Positions 37,899 through 54,200 of a stretch of 64,000 nt of DNA are shown piece after piece (position 1 is the first letter of the stretch; every line of letters begins with the position of its first letter). The notes below the pieces were generated by a model. The model worked only from the letters and a program-made list of their open reading frames with translations, did no database searches and was not told the origin of the DNA. Source of the stretch: Eledone cirrhosa (lineage: Eukaryota); NCBI GenBank assembly GCA_964016885.1, contig OZ024757.1, positions 682,001 through 746,000 on the forward strand, in the 5' to 3' direction. The position numbers and the translations under genes are program-made.

Positions 37899-40800
37899 TA
37901 TAACGGCGGCGAAGATTCGAAAACGAATCTGAGCTTTCCCGCCTCTGGGACAAGCCGTGGTAACTTGTTTACGCTCAAGAGACTTGGGAGAGGCTAAACA
38001 CAGGTCAGAGGTGTTTACGCCTGACAGAAAATAGGTCAGAGGATATACCCATCTTTCTGACTTGTTTACGCTTCGCAAACTAATCCCTTGGGAGACTAAC
38101 CAAAGTTCAGAGGATATATCTATCCTTCTAACTTCAACTCTTATAAAGACAGGGATTGTTTACGCCCAACCACACACAGATTTGCTGCGGCAGCATACAA
38201 CCAAAAACGCAAACATCAAGCTCAGCGAAAAAGAATGTACTGCTTTCGCTGAGTTGAAGAAAATGTTTTCCGAGGCTACAATGCTGAGTTACCCCAAATC
38301 TGACGCCCCAATGTGTTTATTGACTGATGCATCCGATTTCGGAGTTGGAGGTGTGCTTCAACAACTCTCTGGCGATATTTGGCGACCTGTATCTTTTTTC
38401 TCTAAGCGATTAAAACCCGCCGAAACTAAGTACAGCACATTCAGTCGTGAATTATTGGCAGCATATCTTGCTGTCAAGCATTTTCGACACATGCTAGAAG
38501 GTCGTGTGTTCGCTATATACACCGACCACAAACCACGAGTGTACGCGTTCAATGCCAAGCCTGACCGACACTCACCCAGGGAGGTCCGACATCTGGACTT
38601 CATTTCTCAGTACACTACTGATATTCGGTACATTAAGGGTGCCACCAATTCAGCAGCTGATGCTCTATTGCGCATGGAGCTTAACGCAATCCACACCACT
38701 GCCACTATCGACCTCCGGAAGATTGCAGCGGATCAACAGAATGACGAGGAACTGCTGCAACTCCGGAAATCATCCTTGAAATTGAAGGAATGCCCGCTGC
38801 CCTCTTCTTCGGGTTATATTTGGTGCGACATCTCCACAGGCCACGAGCGCCCATACGTGCCCCGGAAACATCGACGCGACGTTTTCTCGGCACTGCATTC
38901 ACTGGCTTTGTGTGGCCCAACATCAACAAGGACACCCGCGAATGGGCTAGGAACTGCATCGCGTGCCAGAAGGCGAAAATTCACCGGCACATCAAAGCCC
39001 CGATCGGTTCTTTCGCAACACCTGATGCACGGTTCCAACATGTGCATATAGACATAGTTGGACCTTTGCTTCCTTCCCACAACTACACTCATCTTCTCAC
39101 CTGTGTCGACCGATTTTCTCCTCTGACGGATATTACTGCGGAAACTGTCGCCAAAACGCTAGTGTTTCACTGGGTTTCGCGTTTCGGCACACCCGCGACC
39201 ATCACTACGGATAGAGGACGTCAGTTCGATTCGCACCTATTTACCGAGCTGACTCGTCTCCTCGGGTGCAAACACATCCGTACAAGAGCGTATCACCCTG
39301 CCGCTCACGGCATGGTAGAACGCTTACACCGCCAGCTAAAATCATCTAGCAAGGCTTACGAAGACTCCACTAACTGGTTCGAATACCTCCCACTCATTCT
39401 TCTTGGTATTCGTTCCACTGTTAAGGAGGGAGTCGGACATTCTCTGGCTGAAATGGTGTATGGCACCGTACTCACTCTACCCGGACAAATGATTGCTCCT
39501 GTTTCGCCACAAGAACTTCCAGACCCTACAAAATTTGTGCACTGTTTACGGTCATCGATGTCGCATCTGTCTCCTTCAGCCCCTAAACAACAGCACGTTA
39601 CTTCACACATACCAAAAGACATCGATACATGGACGCATGTTTTCGTTAGAAATGACTGTATTCCATCGCAACTTCGTCCGCCGTATTCCGGGCCCTATAA
39701 GGTGATACAGAAATGCCCTAAGTATTTCGTCCTCGACTTGAACGGGAAACGAAATACTGTCTCCATTGATCGTTTAAAAAAAGCGTTCATAGAACAGGAA
39801 TTGCCACCAGTACCCATCGTTTCTCCGGCAGACTTACCAACAACTTTGTCCGACACAAACACGACAAATTCTGCACAACCCCGACACACCAAATCCGGAA
39901 GAACAGTCCGATGGCCCACGCTATACATACAAGTTTATCGGATAAGTACAAATTATGCATCTGGTCGACATTTCGGCTAATTTGTATATTTCAGTGAATC
40001 GGCCAATTTCTGTGGTCATGAACTATTGCTACACACAAATCAATTAACTCTGTGCATCACCCACATCAAAAGAACAGACAAAAGAACATTTTTCCGTTTC
40101 TATGAAATGAACGAACTTTTAATCAACAAACTTTTCGTACGAACATTTTCAATTTTATGTAACATCACAGTACATTTTCCTGCATGTAAATTTCTTTTGC
40201 TTTACATGTTTTCTTTCATGTCTCCTATTTGTAAATGACTTTCATGTGTTTTTTTATTTTTACTGATTTTCTTCAACAACACACCTAGTCATACCTATCT
40301 TCATTTCACATGCACCTAGATCGTTCAATCTTAGCTTTCTCACTGGAAGGGGGATACTATAACGGCGGCGAAGATTCGAAACCGAATCTGAGCTTTCCCG
40401 CCTCTGGGACAAGCCGTGGTAACTTGTTTACGCTCAAGAGACTTGGGAGAGGCTAAACACAGGTCAGAGGTGTTTACGCCTGACAGAAAATAGGGCAGAG
40501 GATATATCCATCTTTCTGACTTGTTTACGCTTGGCAAACTAATCCCTTGGGAGACTAACCAAAGTTCAGAGGATATATCTATCCTTCTAACTTCAACTCT
40601 TATAAAGACAGGGATTGTTTACGCCAAAAATAGAAAAGAAGTGGATACAGACAAGACGACGTTTTTTACAAGCTCTCGTCACGAAAAACCAGTCTGCCAT
40701 TTATTTTCACCTTCCTGGCTGATCGCTGACTCCTGCAATACAAATAAGTAAATATACTGATACGCCGCTCACACGCATTCATAGTGAGTCCACCATTTGT

Positions 40801-41064
40801 ACACGCACCATTCATTTCTGTTTACACATATTATAATCGTATTCTGTGATATTTGAATTTACGTGGCTCGATGAGCCACCAAATTATTGTATGAATATTT
40901 TGTGTCAATTATTTTATCATTCAATATTCAAATTGAATATTGTGGTAATAAAATAAACTTTGTAACAACACTCCTGGTATTTTTCTTTACATCGAAACCA
41001 CCATACCAACAGTTACATCCATCCATCCACTTGTCGTTACAACCACACATAATATTCCGTTACA
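37899..41064 (+). mobile_element. Internally deleted Ty3/Gypsy element, unit 2 copy
   Basis: ORF translations identical to those of 6513-9678; same ATAC flanks. Confidence 0.93.
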
Positions 41065-41406
41065 ATACTCTACATCATTTCACCTCTTTTATTATTGATG
41101 TTATTTAGAGAGAATCGTTTTTGCAAATGACTGAAATTATCGAATATTATGTACGCCATTTTTACCTGTACCACAAAAATACTGGTCCATACACACACAC
41201 ACTCGAACACTAACATACAGACAGACACACACACTTCTCCGTATAAGACAAGAGCTGAAAAATATGTTTCAACATGTTAAAATAAACCCCCACACATTCC
41301 TACTGACCGATTCATTTCCCTTATCACAACAATGAACCACTTTGCTACTCCCCCCCCCCCCCCCCACACATTCCTACTGACCGATTCATTTCCATTATCA
41401 CAACAA

Positions 41407-41760
41407 GGCGGTGGATTGGCAGTATCGGTAGAGGGTCGGACGCCATGCTTTCCAGCATAGTTACGTCCCTTTACGATCTGAGTTCAAATCCCGCCGAGGT
41501 TGACTTTGCCTTTCATCCTTACGGAGTCGATAAAATAAAGTACCAGTAATGCACTGGGTAATTGCTGGCCTTGTGCCTAAAGTAGAGACAATTATCACAA
41601 CAATGGGCGGTCGAGTGGCGGATGCCATGCTTTCCAGCATAGTTACGTCCCTTTACGATCTGAGTTCAAATCCCGCCGAGGTTGACTTTACCTTTCATCC
41701 TTACGGGGTCGATAAAAATAAATTACCAGTAATGCTGGCCTTGTGCCTAAAGTAGAAACA
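41407..41760 (+). mobile_element. SINE dimer, unit 2 copy
   Basis: Copy of 10020-10373. Confidence 0.85.
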
Positions 41761-42322
41761 ATTATCACAACAAATGAACCACTTTGCTACACACACACAT
41801 ATAGTTGTCTTAATAGACATCTGAACTGTTGACCTCTCAACATGACTGCAACTAAATCAAGCGGAAAAGGTCACTCTTCGACAAACCTACATTTGGCGCG
41901 AAACCAGCTCGCGCTAAAATCAATTTAAACATTCACGTGACCTCTACCGATCAATCAAAATTGTTTTGACTACAAGAATTTATGCCATACGAATAGGCGC
42001 AAATTTTATAGTGTTTATTCACGTGACATTCAACAACCAACCAAATTTTAATGCCTCTCAAGCCACTTTTTTCACATAAAACTGATCAGATTAGAGCAAA
42101 AATCACGAGCACTCTATCTCAAAATTATTTTTTGAAAAGCATAAGAAATGCGCAACCGGTAAAAACTTAAAACTAAAACTGAATACTAATTAATACTTAT
42201 TACTAATTTATACTTATTCCTAATTGAACTATTTTTCACTGGGAAAAATTTGTCAGCATTTACTTTTCCTTTTTACTAATATATCACAACTCGTGTGTCA
42301 CACCTCTATTTTATATATATAT

Positions 42323-43107
42323 ACAATTAAGTTAAAAATGTACATCTACATATGCATACTGAAATACTAGTGTGTATATGAATACACACACGTATACATA
42401 TGCAGATGTAACAAGTCTTTCACTGGTTGCTTTACTGTGAGCAACTCAGCTATTCTGTATGTAAACACACAGACAAACCGGTTTTTAGAGTCATACTGGT
42501 TTTCGAGGAAACATCTTCCCTCTATTCTTCAGAAAGCCAGACAAGGAATATTGAACTAGTTTCGTTGTTGTTACAACTCATCAGCAATATTTCGTTATTT
42601 GTTTTTATTATTTCGTTATTTGTTTTTATCGTCTCCGCTGAACCGGTGCGTACTCACACTCTATGCAAATTAGTCTGCCCACTACTAATTTTCATAGAAA
42701 AAGCATATAACGATATGTGCTTTTACAATTCTCCAGAAAGGCCGGTAGATAGGTAAATATTGCTGATGGGTTGTAACAACAACGAAACTAGTTCAATATT
42801 CCTTGTCTGGCTTTCTGGGGAATAGAGGGAAGATGTTTCCTCGAAAACCAGTATGACTCTAAAAACCGGTTTGTCTGTGTGTTTACATACAGAATAGCTG
42901 AGTTGCTCACAGTAAAGCAACCAGTGAAAGACTTGTTACATCTGCATATGTATACGTGTGTGTATTCATATACACACTAGTATTTCAGTATGCATATGTA
43001 GATGTACATTTTTAACTTAATTGTTTAAGCGTCAGTCATACAAAAGTGAGTTACAAACGAAACGAAATTTAATTTCGTTTCGTTATTTGTTTTTATATAT
43101 ATATATA
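42323..43107. mobile_element. 270-bp inverted-repeat element with hammerheads, unit 2 copy
   Basis: Arms 42323-42592 and 42755-43024; intact hammerhead on the - strand at 42548-42590; same three arm mismatches as unit 1. Confidence 0.75.
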
Positions 43108-44929
43108 TCAAAGACCCCCCTAGGTCACAAATGCCCATGTGATTTGCACCTAGAAAGTTTACCTCTGAGGCACAGGTCCGGGCAAAGTTGTATTAATAAG
43201 ACCAACAGTCGACCATGCATATCACCTTTCACTTTCCACGCCACCAGTGATGTCCACCGGAAAGGCTATGGCCGATACAGCTTGGCAATAAAGTGTCTTG
43301 CTCAAGGACACAACACATCACTTTTCGATCTAACCCCTAACGCATGTTCCTCAACATGTATTTATATATATGTATATATATTAACACACCCGTGCATCTT
43401 CTGACGGTCTCCCACCGTATTCCGAAGTCTGAACAAAAGACTTACTGTTGTTGATTGTATAACCAAAATTAAGAGAGTCTAAACAAAAAACAAAGTTGTA
43501 AAAGATAATTTAGCTGCTATTTCTAGCAGTGTGAGATACTACGTAGAGGTTTCCTTATCGATATTTAACTGAGTGATACTTTTCGATTTACCATCAATTA
43601 GATACGATTGGAAATGTGTTTGAATAAAATAAATTATATCAGGGACTTTTAACGTACAACACCGGTAAGAAAGTTTAAACATTGTCAACGCACCGCGTAC
43701 CTGCTGTCTTCATTACAATTTTAATTAGTCTAATTATATCTTGTGTAACAATTAAATATATATATACACACATAATTTTCTTTCCCTGACATCAGTCTTA
43801 CACTGTCATATCTATTAACTTTACAATTGTGTCTACTAAGAGTTCCATTATAATCTGTAGTAGAAAAACGTCTATTTCACCAGAATATCTGATATCAGTC
43901 ATTTGTAGACAATATATATATTTAAACCACATATCAACCTAATATATACATATTTCCTATCAAATCTCTGGCTAAAGACATAAAGTCGGCCTCACTACTT
44001 TATTCTGACAAGATATCAATTCATGACTAAATATGAAGAAGTTACACCAACGTTGATGTCCTGAAATAAAGCTGATAACATCTTTGAAATTTCTAATTTA
44101 ACAACAAAGAGATTATTTCTTTTGTTGCTTAGTAAAAACTAACAACTCTACACATTGATTATATATGAAGGAGGTAAGTGGACAAAGATTCATTTGAAGT
44201 CTATAATAATGTATGTAAAAAATAGAATTATGTGAACCTTTCAACGATACAGTAATTATATAAAAGTGAAATTATATAACAACATTGAGAGAAGATATTT
44301 CAACCTCGTCATTTTATATATAGAGAAAAATACTTCCAAACTGAAATGGGTTATTTTTCAATAGACAGATTCCACTGTAACATGTAATATAAAATATATT
44401 GTTATCATGACTGTCTTTATTATTTCAATTACCTCCGTCTATTTATTATGTTATTTAATACCTTATATTATAAAATATATTTTATATTTAACTGTACCTC
44501 GTTGTTAGAATAAATTAAAGATATCTTTATTATTTCAATTACCTCTGTCTATTTATTATGTTATTTACTACCTTATATTATAAAATATATTTTATATTTA
44601 ACTGTACCTCGCTGTTTGACGTAAATTAAAGTTATCGTGGTTTTAGTCTAAATCTCTTTCAAATTAATTCACTTCATCTACTTATGGTTGAAACTTATTT
44701 AAACGTGGGTTTCGTTTCATTGACTAAAGTACCAGTAATACACTGTGATAATTGCTGGCCTTGTGCCAAAAGTAGAAACAATTATGACTATGTCAGGATT
44801 AGCCAGCCAAGTAGGGATTGTATATCAGGGAGCTGCTTTGATGGTGAAGGGATATTTGTTGGTGGCTGTACATAATAGGGTTCTGATAGAGTTAGCTGAA
44901 ACACCGTCTGATACATGTCTTGTAGACAC

Positions 44930-45242
44930 GATGATATATATGTAAGTCCTGGGGTACTCTAAGTAATATATGTGTAGTACCTAGTAGTGCTACTTTCTGT
45001 TGTATAGATATGTGTGTGTGTGTGTAAGTTGTGAGGTTTCTGTTATGTGTCTTGCTGTTTTGTTTTATTCCCAGAGCAATTATTATTACGGGTATTGTTT
45101 CTGTTTTCACCGTCCACGTTTGAATTATTTCTACCTCAAGATCTTTATATTTAGATAATTTCTCCATTTCCTTGAGAGAGATATTATCGTCCAAGAAGAT
45201 TGTTACATTAATTAGAAGGCATAATTATTTGCCTTTTTATCA
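44930..45242 (-). mobile_element. RLE-domain LINE fragment, unit 2 copy
   Basis: ORF 44892-45194 matches 13502-13804. Confidence 0.75.
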
Positions 45243-48200
45243 CATATCATTCCTTGTTATATCACTACCAGTAGTCAATAGCCTGTCATATCATTCCTTG
45301 TTATATCACTACCAGTAGTCTATAACCTGTCATATCATTCCTTGTTATATCACTACCAGTAGTCAATAACCTGTCATGTCATTCCTTGTTATATCACTAC
45401 CAGTAGTCAATAACCTGTCATATCATTCCTTGTTATATCATTACTAGTAGTCAATAACCTGTCATATCATTCCTTGTTATATCACTACCAGTAGTCTATA
45501 ACCTGTCATATCATTCCTTGTTATATCACTACCAGTAGTCAATAACCTGTCATATCATTCCTTGTTATATCACTACCACTAGTCAATAACCTCTTATATC
45601 ATTCCTTGTTATATCACTACCACTAGTCAATAACCTCTCAAATCATTCCTTGTTATATCACTACCACTAGTCAAAAACCTCTCAAATCATTCCTTGTTAT
45701 ATCACTACCAGTAGTCAATAACCTGTCATATCATTCCTTGTTATATCACTACCAGTAGTCAATAACCTGTCATATCATTCCTTGTTATATCATTACCAGT
45801 AGTCAATAACCTGTCATATCATTCCTTGTTATATCACTACCAGTAGTCAATAGCCTGTGATATCATTCCTTGTTATATCACTACCAGTAGTCAATAACCT
45901 GTCATATAATTCCTTGTTATATCACTACCAGTTGTCAATAACCTGTCATATCATTCCTTGTTATATCACTACTAGTAGTCAATAACCTCTCATATCATTG
46001 CTTGTTATATCACTACCAGTAGTCAATAACCTGTTATATCACTACCAGTAGTCAATAACCTCTCATATCATTCCTTGCTATATCACTACCAGTAGCCAAT
46101 AACCTCTCATATCATTCCTTGTTATATCACTACCAGTAGTCAATAATCTGTCATATCATTCCTTGTTATATCACTACTAGTAGTCAATAACCTCTCATAT
46201 CATCCTTGTTATATCACTACCAGTAGTCAATAACCTGTCATATCATTCCTTGTTATATCACTACCAGTAGCCAATAACCTCTCATATCATTCCTTGTTAT
46301 ATCACTACCAGTAGTCAATAATCTGTCATATCATTCCTTGTTATATCACTACCAGTAGTCAATAACCTGTCATATCATTCATTGTTATATCACTACCAGT
46401 AGTCAATAACCTCTCATATCCTTCCTTGTTATATCACTACCAGTAGAAAATAACCTGTCATATCATTCCTTGTTATATCACTACCAGTAGAAAATAACCT
46501 GTCATATCATTCCTTGTTATATCACTACCAGTAGTCAATAACCTGTCATATCATTCCTTGTTATATCACTACCAGTAGAAAATAACCTGTCATATCATTC
46601 CTTGTTATATCACTACCAGTAGAAAATAACCTGTCATATCATTCCTTGTTATATCACTACCAGTAGTCAATAACCTCTCATATCATTCCCTGTTATATCA
46701 CTACCAGTAGTCAATAACCTGTCATATCATTCCTTGTTATATCACTACCAGTAGTCAATAACCTCTCATATCATTCCTTGTTATATCACTACCAGTAGTC
46801 AATAACCCGTCATATCATTCCTTGTTATATCACTGCCAGTAGTCAATAACCTCTCATATCGTTCCTTGTTATATCACTACCAGTAGTCAATAACCTGTCA
46901 TATCATTCCTTGTTATATCACTACCAGTAGTCAATAACCTCTCATATCATTCCTTGTTATATCGCTACCAGTAGTCAATAACCTGTCATATCATTCCTTG
47001 TTATATCACTACCAGTAGTCAATAACCTGTCATATCATTCCTTGTTATATCACTACCAGTAGTCAATAACCTGTCATATCATTCCTTGTTATATCACTAC
47101 CAGTAGTCAATAACCTGTCATATCATTCCTTGTTATATCACTGCCAGTAGTCAATAACCTGTCATATCATTCCTTGTTATATCACTACCAGTAGTCAATA
47201 ACCTGTCATATCATTCCTTGTTATATCACTACCAGTACTCAATAACCTGTCATATCATTCCTTGTTATATCACTACCAGTAGTCAATAACCTGTCATATC
47301 ATTCCTTGTTATATCACTACCAGTAGTCAATAACCTGTCATATCATTCCTTGTTATATCACTACCAGTAGTCAATAACCTGTCATATCATTCCTTGTTAT
47401 ATCACTACCAGTAGTCAATAACCTGTCATATCATTCCTTGTTATATCACTACCAGTAGTCAATAACCTGTCATATCATTCCTTGTTATATCACTACCAGT
47501 AGTCAATAACCTCTCATATCATTCCTTGTTATATCACTAACAGTAGTCAATAACCTGTCATATCATTCCTTGTTATATCACTACCAGTAGTCAATAACCT
47601 CTCATATCATTCCTTGTTATATCACTACCAGTAGTCAATAACCTCTCATATCATTCCTTGTTATATCACTACCAGTAGTCAATAACCTCTCATATCATTC
47701 CCTGTTATATCACTACCAGTAGTCAATAACCTGTCATATCATTCCTTGTTATATCACTACCAGTAGTCAATAACCTGTCATATCATTCCTTGTTATATCA
47801 CTGCCAGTAGTCAATAACCTCTCATATCATTCCTTGTTATATCACTAACAGTAGTCAATAACCTGTCATATCATTCCTTGTTATATCACTACCAGTAGCC
47901 AATAACCTGTCATATCATTCCTTGTTATATCACTACCAGTAGTCAATAACCTCTCATATAATTCCTTGTTATATCACTACCAGTAGTCAATAGCCTGTCA
48001 TATCATTCCTTGTTATATCACTAACAGTAGTCAATAACCTGTCATATCATTCCTTGTTATATCACTACCAGTAGTCAATAACCTGTCATGTCATTCCTTG
48101 TTATATCACTACCAGTAGTCAATAACCTGTCATATCATTCCTTGTTATATCATTACTAGTAGTCAATAACCTGTCATATCATTCCTTGTTATATCACTAC

Positions 48201-51200
48201 CAGTAGTCTATAACCTGTCATATCATTCCTTGTTATATCACTACCAGTAGTCAATAACCTGTCATATCATTCCTTGTTATATCACTACCACTAGTCAATA
48301 ACCTCTTATATCATTCCTTGTTATATCACTACCACTAGTCAATAACCTCTCAAATCATTCCTTGTTATATCACTACCACTAGTCAAAAACCTCTCAAATC
48401 ATTCCTTGTTATATCACTACCAGTAGTCAATAACCTGTCATATCATTCCTTGTTATATCACTACCAGTAGTCAATAACCTGTCATATCATTCCTTGTTAT
48501 ATCACTACCAGTAGTCAATAACCTGTCATATCATTCCTTGTTATATCACTACCAGTAGTCAATAGCCTGTCATATCATTCCTTGTTATATCACTACCAGT
48601 AGTCAATAACCTGTCATATAATTCCTTGTTATATCACTACCAGTTGTCAATAACCTGTCATATCATTCCTTGTTATATCACTACTAGTAGTCAATAACCT
48701 CTCATATCATTGCTTGTTATATCACTACCAGTAGTCAATAACCTGTTATATCACTACCAGTAGTCAATAACCTCTCATATCATTCCTTGCTATATCACTA
48801 CCAGTAGCCAATAACCTCTCATATCATTCCTTGTTATATCACTACCAGTAGTCAATAATCTGTCATATCATTCCTTGTTATATCACTACTAGTAGTCAAT
48901 AACCTCTCATATCATCCTTGTTATATCACTACCAGTAGTCAATAACCTGTCATATCATTCCTTGTTATATCACTACCAGTAGCCAATAACCTCTCATATC
49001 ATTCCTTGTTATATCACTACCAGTAGTCAATAATCTGTCATATCATTCCTTGTTATATCACTACCAGTAGTCAATAACCTGTCATATCATTCCTTGTTAT
49101 ATCACTACCAGTAGTCAATAACCTCTCATATCCTTCCTTGTTATATCACTACCAGTAGAAAATAACCTGTCATATCATTCCTTGTTATATCACTACCAGT
49201 AGAAAATAACCTGTCATATCATTCCTTGTTATATCACTACCAGTAGTCAATAACCTGTCATATCATTCCTTGTTATATCACTACCAGTAGAAAATAACCT
49301 GTCATATCATTCCTTGTTATATCACTACCAGTAGATAATAACCTGTCATATCATTCCTTGTTATATCACTACCAGTAGTCAATAACCTCTCATATCATTC
49401 CCTGTTATATCACTACCAGTAGTCAATAACCTGTCATATCATTCCTTGTTATATCACTACCAGTAGTCAATAACCTCTCATATCATTCCTTGTTATATCA
49501 CTACCAGTAGTCAATAACCCGTCATATCATTCCTTGTTATATCACTGCCAGTAGTCAATAACCTCTCATATCGTTCCTTGTTATATCACTACCAGTAGTC
49601 AATAACCTGTCATATCATTCCTTGTTATATCACTACCAGTAGTCAATAACCTCTCATATCATTCCTTGTTATATCGCTACCAGTAGTCAATAACCTGTCA
49701 TATCATTCCTTGTTATATCACTACCAGTAGTCAATAACCTGTCATATCATTCCTTGTTATATCACTACCAGTAGTCAATAACCTGTCATATCATTCCTTG
49801 TTATATCACTACCAGTAGTCAATAACCTGTCATATCATTCCTTGTTATATCACTGCCAGTAGTCAATAACCTGTCATATCATTCCTTGTTATATCACTAC
49901 CAGTAGTCAATAACCTGTCATATCATTCCTTGTTATATCACTACCAGTAGTCAATAACCTGTCATATCATTCCTTGTTATATCACTACCAGTAGTCAATA
50001 ACCTGTCATATCATTCCTTGTTATATCACTACCAGTAGTCAATAACCTGTCATATCATTCCTTGTTATATCACTACCAGTAGTCAATAACCTGTCATATC
50101 ATTCCTTGTTATATCACTACCAGTAGTCAATAACCTGTCATATCATTCCTTGTTATATCACTACCAGTAGTCAATAACCTGTCATATCATTCCTTGTTAT
50201 ATCACTACCAGTAGTCAATAACCTCTCATATCATTCCTTGTTATATCACTAACAGTAGTCAATAACCTGTCATATCATTCCTTGTTATATCACTACCAGT
50301 AGTCAATAACCTCTCATATCATTCCTTGTTATATCACTACCAGTAGTCAATAACCTCTCATATCATTCCTTGTTATATCACTACCAGTAGTCAATAACCT
50401 CTCATATCATTCCCTGTTATATCACTACCAGTAGTCAATAACCTGTCATATCATTCCTTGTTATATCACTACCAGTAGTCAATAACCTGTCATATCATTC
50501 CTTGTTATATCACTGCCAGTAGTCAATAACCTCTCATATCATTCCTTGTTATATCACTAACAGTAGTCAATAACCTGTCATATCATTCCTTGTTATATCA
50601 CTACCAGTAGCCAATAACCTGTCATATCATTCCTTGTTATATCACTACCAGTAGTCAATAACCTCTCATATAATTCCTTGTTATATCACTACCAGTAGTC
50701 AATAGCCTGTCATATCATTCCTTGTTATATCACTAACAGTAGTCAATAACCTGTCATATCATTCCTTGTTATATCACTACCAGTAGTCAATAACCTGTCA
50801 TGTCATTCCTTGTTATATCACTACCAGTAGTCAATAACCTGTCATATCATTCCTTGTTATATCATTACTAGTAGTCAATAACCTGTCATATCATTCCTTG
50901 TTATATCACTACCAGTAGTCTATAACCTGTCATATCATTCCTTGTTATATCACTACCAGTAGTCAATAACCTGTCATATCATTCCTTGTTATATCACTAC
51001 CACTAGTCAATAACCTCTTATATCATTCCTTGTTATATCACTACCACTAGTCAATAACCTCTCAAATCATTCCTTGTTATATCACTACCACTAGTCAAAA
51101 ACCTCTCAAATCATTCCTTGTTATATCACTACCAGTAGTCAATAACCTGTCATATCATTCCTTGTTATATCACTACCAGTAGTCAATAACCTGTCATATC

Positions 51201-54200
51201 ATTCCTTGTTATATCACTACCAGTAGTCAATAGCCTGTCATATCATTCCTTGTTATATCACTACCAGTAGTCAATAACCTGTCATATAATTCCTTGTTAT
51301 ATCACTACCAGTTGTCAATAACCTGTCATATCATTCCTTGTTATATCACTACTAGTAGTCAATAACCTCTCATATCATTGCTTGTTATATCACTACCAGT
51401 AGTCAATAACCTGTTATATCACTACCAGTAGTCAATAACCTCTCATATCATTCCTTGCTATATCACTACCAGTAGCCAATAACCTCTCATATCATTCCTT
51501 GTTATATCACTACCAGTAGTCAATAATCTGTCATATCATTCCTTGTTATATCACTACTAGTAGTCAATAACCTCTCATATCATCCTTGTTATATCACTAC
51601 CAGTAGTCAATAACCTGTCATATCATTCCTTGTTATATCACTACCAGTAGCCAATAACCTCTCATATCATTCCTTGTTATATCACTACCAGTAGTCAATA
51701 ATCTGTCATATCATTCCTTGTTATATCACTACCAGTAGTCAATAACCTGTCATATCATTCCTTGTTATATCACTACCAGTAGTCAATAACCTCTCATATC
51801 CTTCCTTGTTATATCACTACCAGTAGAAAATAACCTGTCATATCATTCCTTGTTATATCACTACCAGTAGAAAATAACCTGTCATATCATTCCTTGTTAT
51901 ATCACTACCAGTAGTCAATAACCTGTCATATCATTCCTTGTTATATCACTACCAGTAGAAAATAACCTGTCATATCATTCCTTGTTATATCACTACCAGT
52001 AGAAAATAACCTGTCATATCATTCCTTGTTATATCACTACCAGTAGTCAATAACCTCTCATATCATTCCCTGTTATATCACTACCAGTAGTCAATAACCT
52101 GTCATATCATTCCTTGTTATATCACTACCAGTAGTCAATAACCTCTCATATCATTCCTTGTTATATCACTACCAGTAGTCAATAACCCGTCATATCATTC
52201 CTTGTTATATCACTGCCAGTAGTCAATAACCTCTCATATCGTTCCTTGTTATATCACTACCAGTAGTCAATAACCTGTCATATCATTCCTTGTTATATCA
52301 CTACCAGTAGTCAATAACCTCTCATATCATTCCTTGTTATATCGCTACCAGTAGTCAATAACCTGTCATATCATTCCTTGTTATATCACTACCAGTAGTC
52401 AATAACCTGTCATATCATTCCTTGTTATATCACTACCAGTAGTCAATAACCTGTCATATCATTCCTTGTTATATCACTACCAGTAGTCAATAACCTGTCA
52501 TATCATTCCTTGTTATATCACTGCCAGTAGTCAATAACCTGTCATATCATTCCTTGTTATATCACTACCAGTAGTCAATAACCTGTCATATCATTCCTTG
52601 TTATATCACTACCAGTAGTCAATAACCTGTCATATCATTCCTTGTTATATCACTACCAGTAGTCAATAACCTGTCATATCATTCCTTGTTATATCACTAC
52701 CAGTAGTCAATAACCTGTCATATCATTCCTTGTTATATCACTACCAGTAGTCAATAACCTGTCATATCATTCCTTGTTATATCACTACCAGTAGTCAATA
52801 ACCTGTCATATCATTCCTTGTTATATCACTACCAGTAGTCAATAACCTGTCATATCATTCCTTGTTATATCACTACCAGTAGTCAATAACCTCTCATATC
52901 ATTCCTTGTTATATCACTAACAGTAGTCAATAACCTGTCATATCATTCCTTGTTATATCACTACCAGTAGTCAATAACCTCTCATATCATTCCTTGTTAT
53001 ATCACTACCAGTAGTCAATAACCTCTCATATCATTCCTTGTTATATCACTACCAGTAGTCAATAACCTCTCATATCATTCCCTGTTATATCACTACCAGT
53101 AGTCAATAACCTGTCATATCATTCCTTGTTATATCACTACCAGTAGCCAATAACCTGTCATATCATTCCTTGTTATATCACTACCAGTAGTCAATAACCT
53201 CTCATATAATTCCTTGTTATATCACTACCAGTAGTCAATAGCCTGTCATATCATTCCTTGTTATATCACTAACAGTAGTCAATAACCTGTCATATCATTC
53301 CTTGTTATATCACTACCAGTAGTCAATAACCTGTCATGTCATTCCTTGTTATATCACTACCAGTAGTCAATAACCTGTCATATCATTCCTTGTTATATCA
53401 TTACTAGTAGTCAATAACCTGTCATATCATTCCTTGTTATATCACTACCAGTAGTCTATAACCTGTCATATCATTCCTTGTTATATCACTACCAGTAGTC
53501 AATAACCTGTCATATCATTCCTTGTTATATCACTACCACTAGTCAATAACCTCTTATATCATTCCTTGTTATATCACTACCACTAGTCAATAACCTCTCA
53601 AATCATTCCTTGTTATATCACTACCACTAGTCAAAAACCTCTCAAATCATTCCTTGTTATATCACTACCAGTAGTCAATAACCTGTCATATCATTCCTTG
53701 TTATATCACTACCAGTAGTCAATAACCTGTCATATCATTCCTTGTTATATCACTACCAGTAGTCAATAACCTGTCATATCATTCCTTGTTATATCACTAC
53801 CAGTAGTCAATAGCCTGTCATATCATTCCTTGTTATATCACTACCAGTAGTCAATAACCTGTCATATAATTCCTTGTTATATCACTACCAGTTGTCAATA
53901 ACCTGTCATATCATTCCTTGTTATATCACTACTAGTAGTCAATAACCTCTCATATCATTGCTTGTTATATCACTACCAGTAGTCAATAACCTGTTATATC
54001 ACTACCAGTAGTCAATAACCTCTCATATCATTCCTTGCTATATCACTACCAGTAGCCAATAACCTCTCATATCATTCCTTGTTATATCACTACCAGTAGT
54101 CAATAATCTGTCATATCATTCCTTGTTATATCACTACTAGTAGTCAATAACCTCTCATATCATCCTTGTTATATCACTACCAGTAGTCAATAACCTGTCA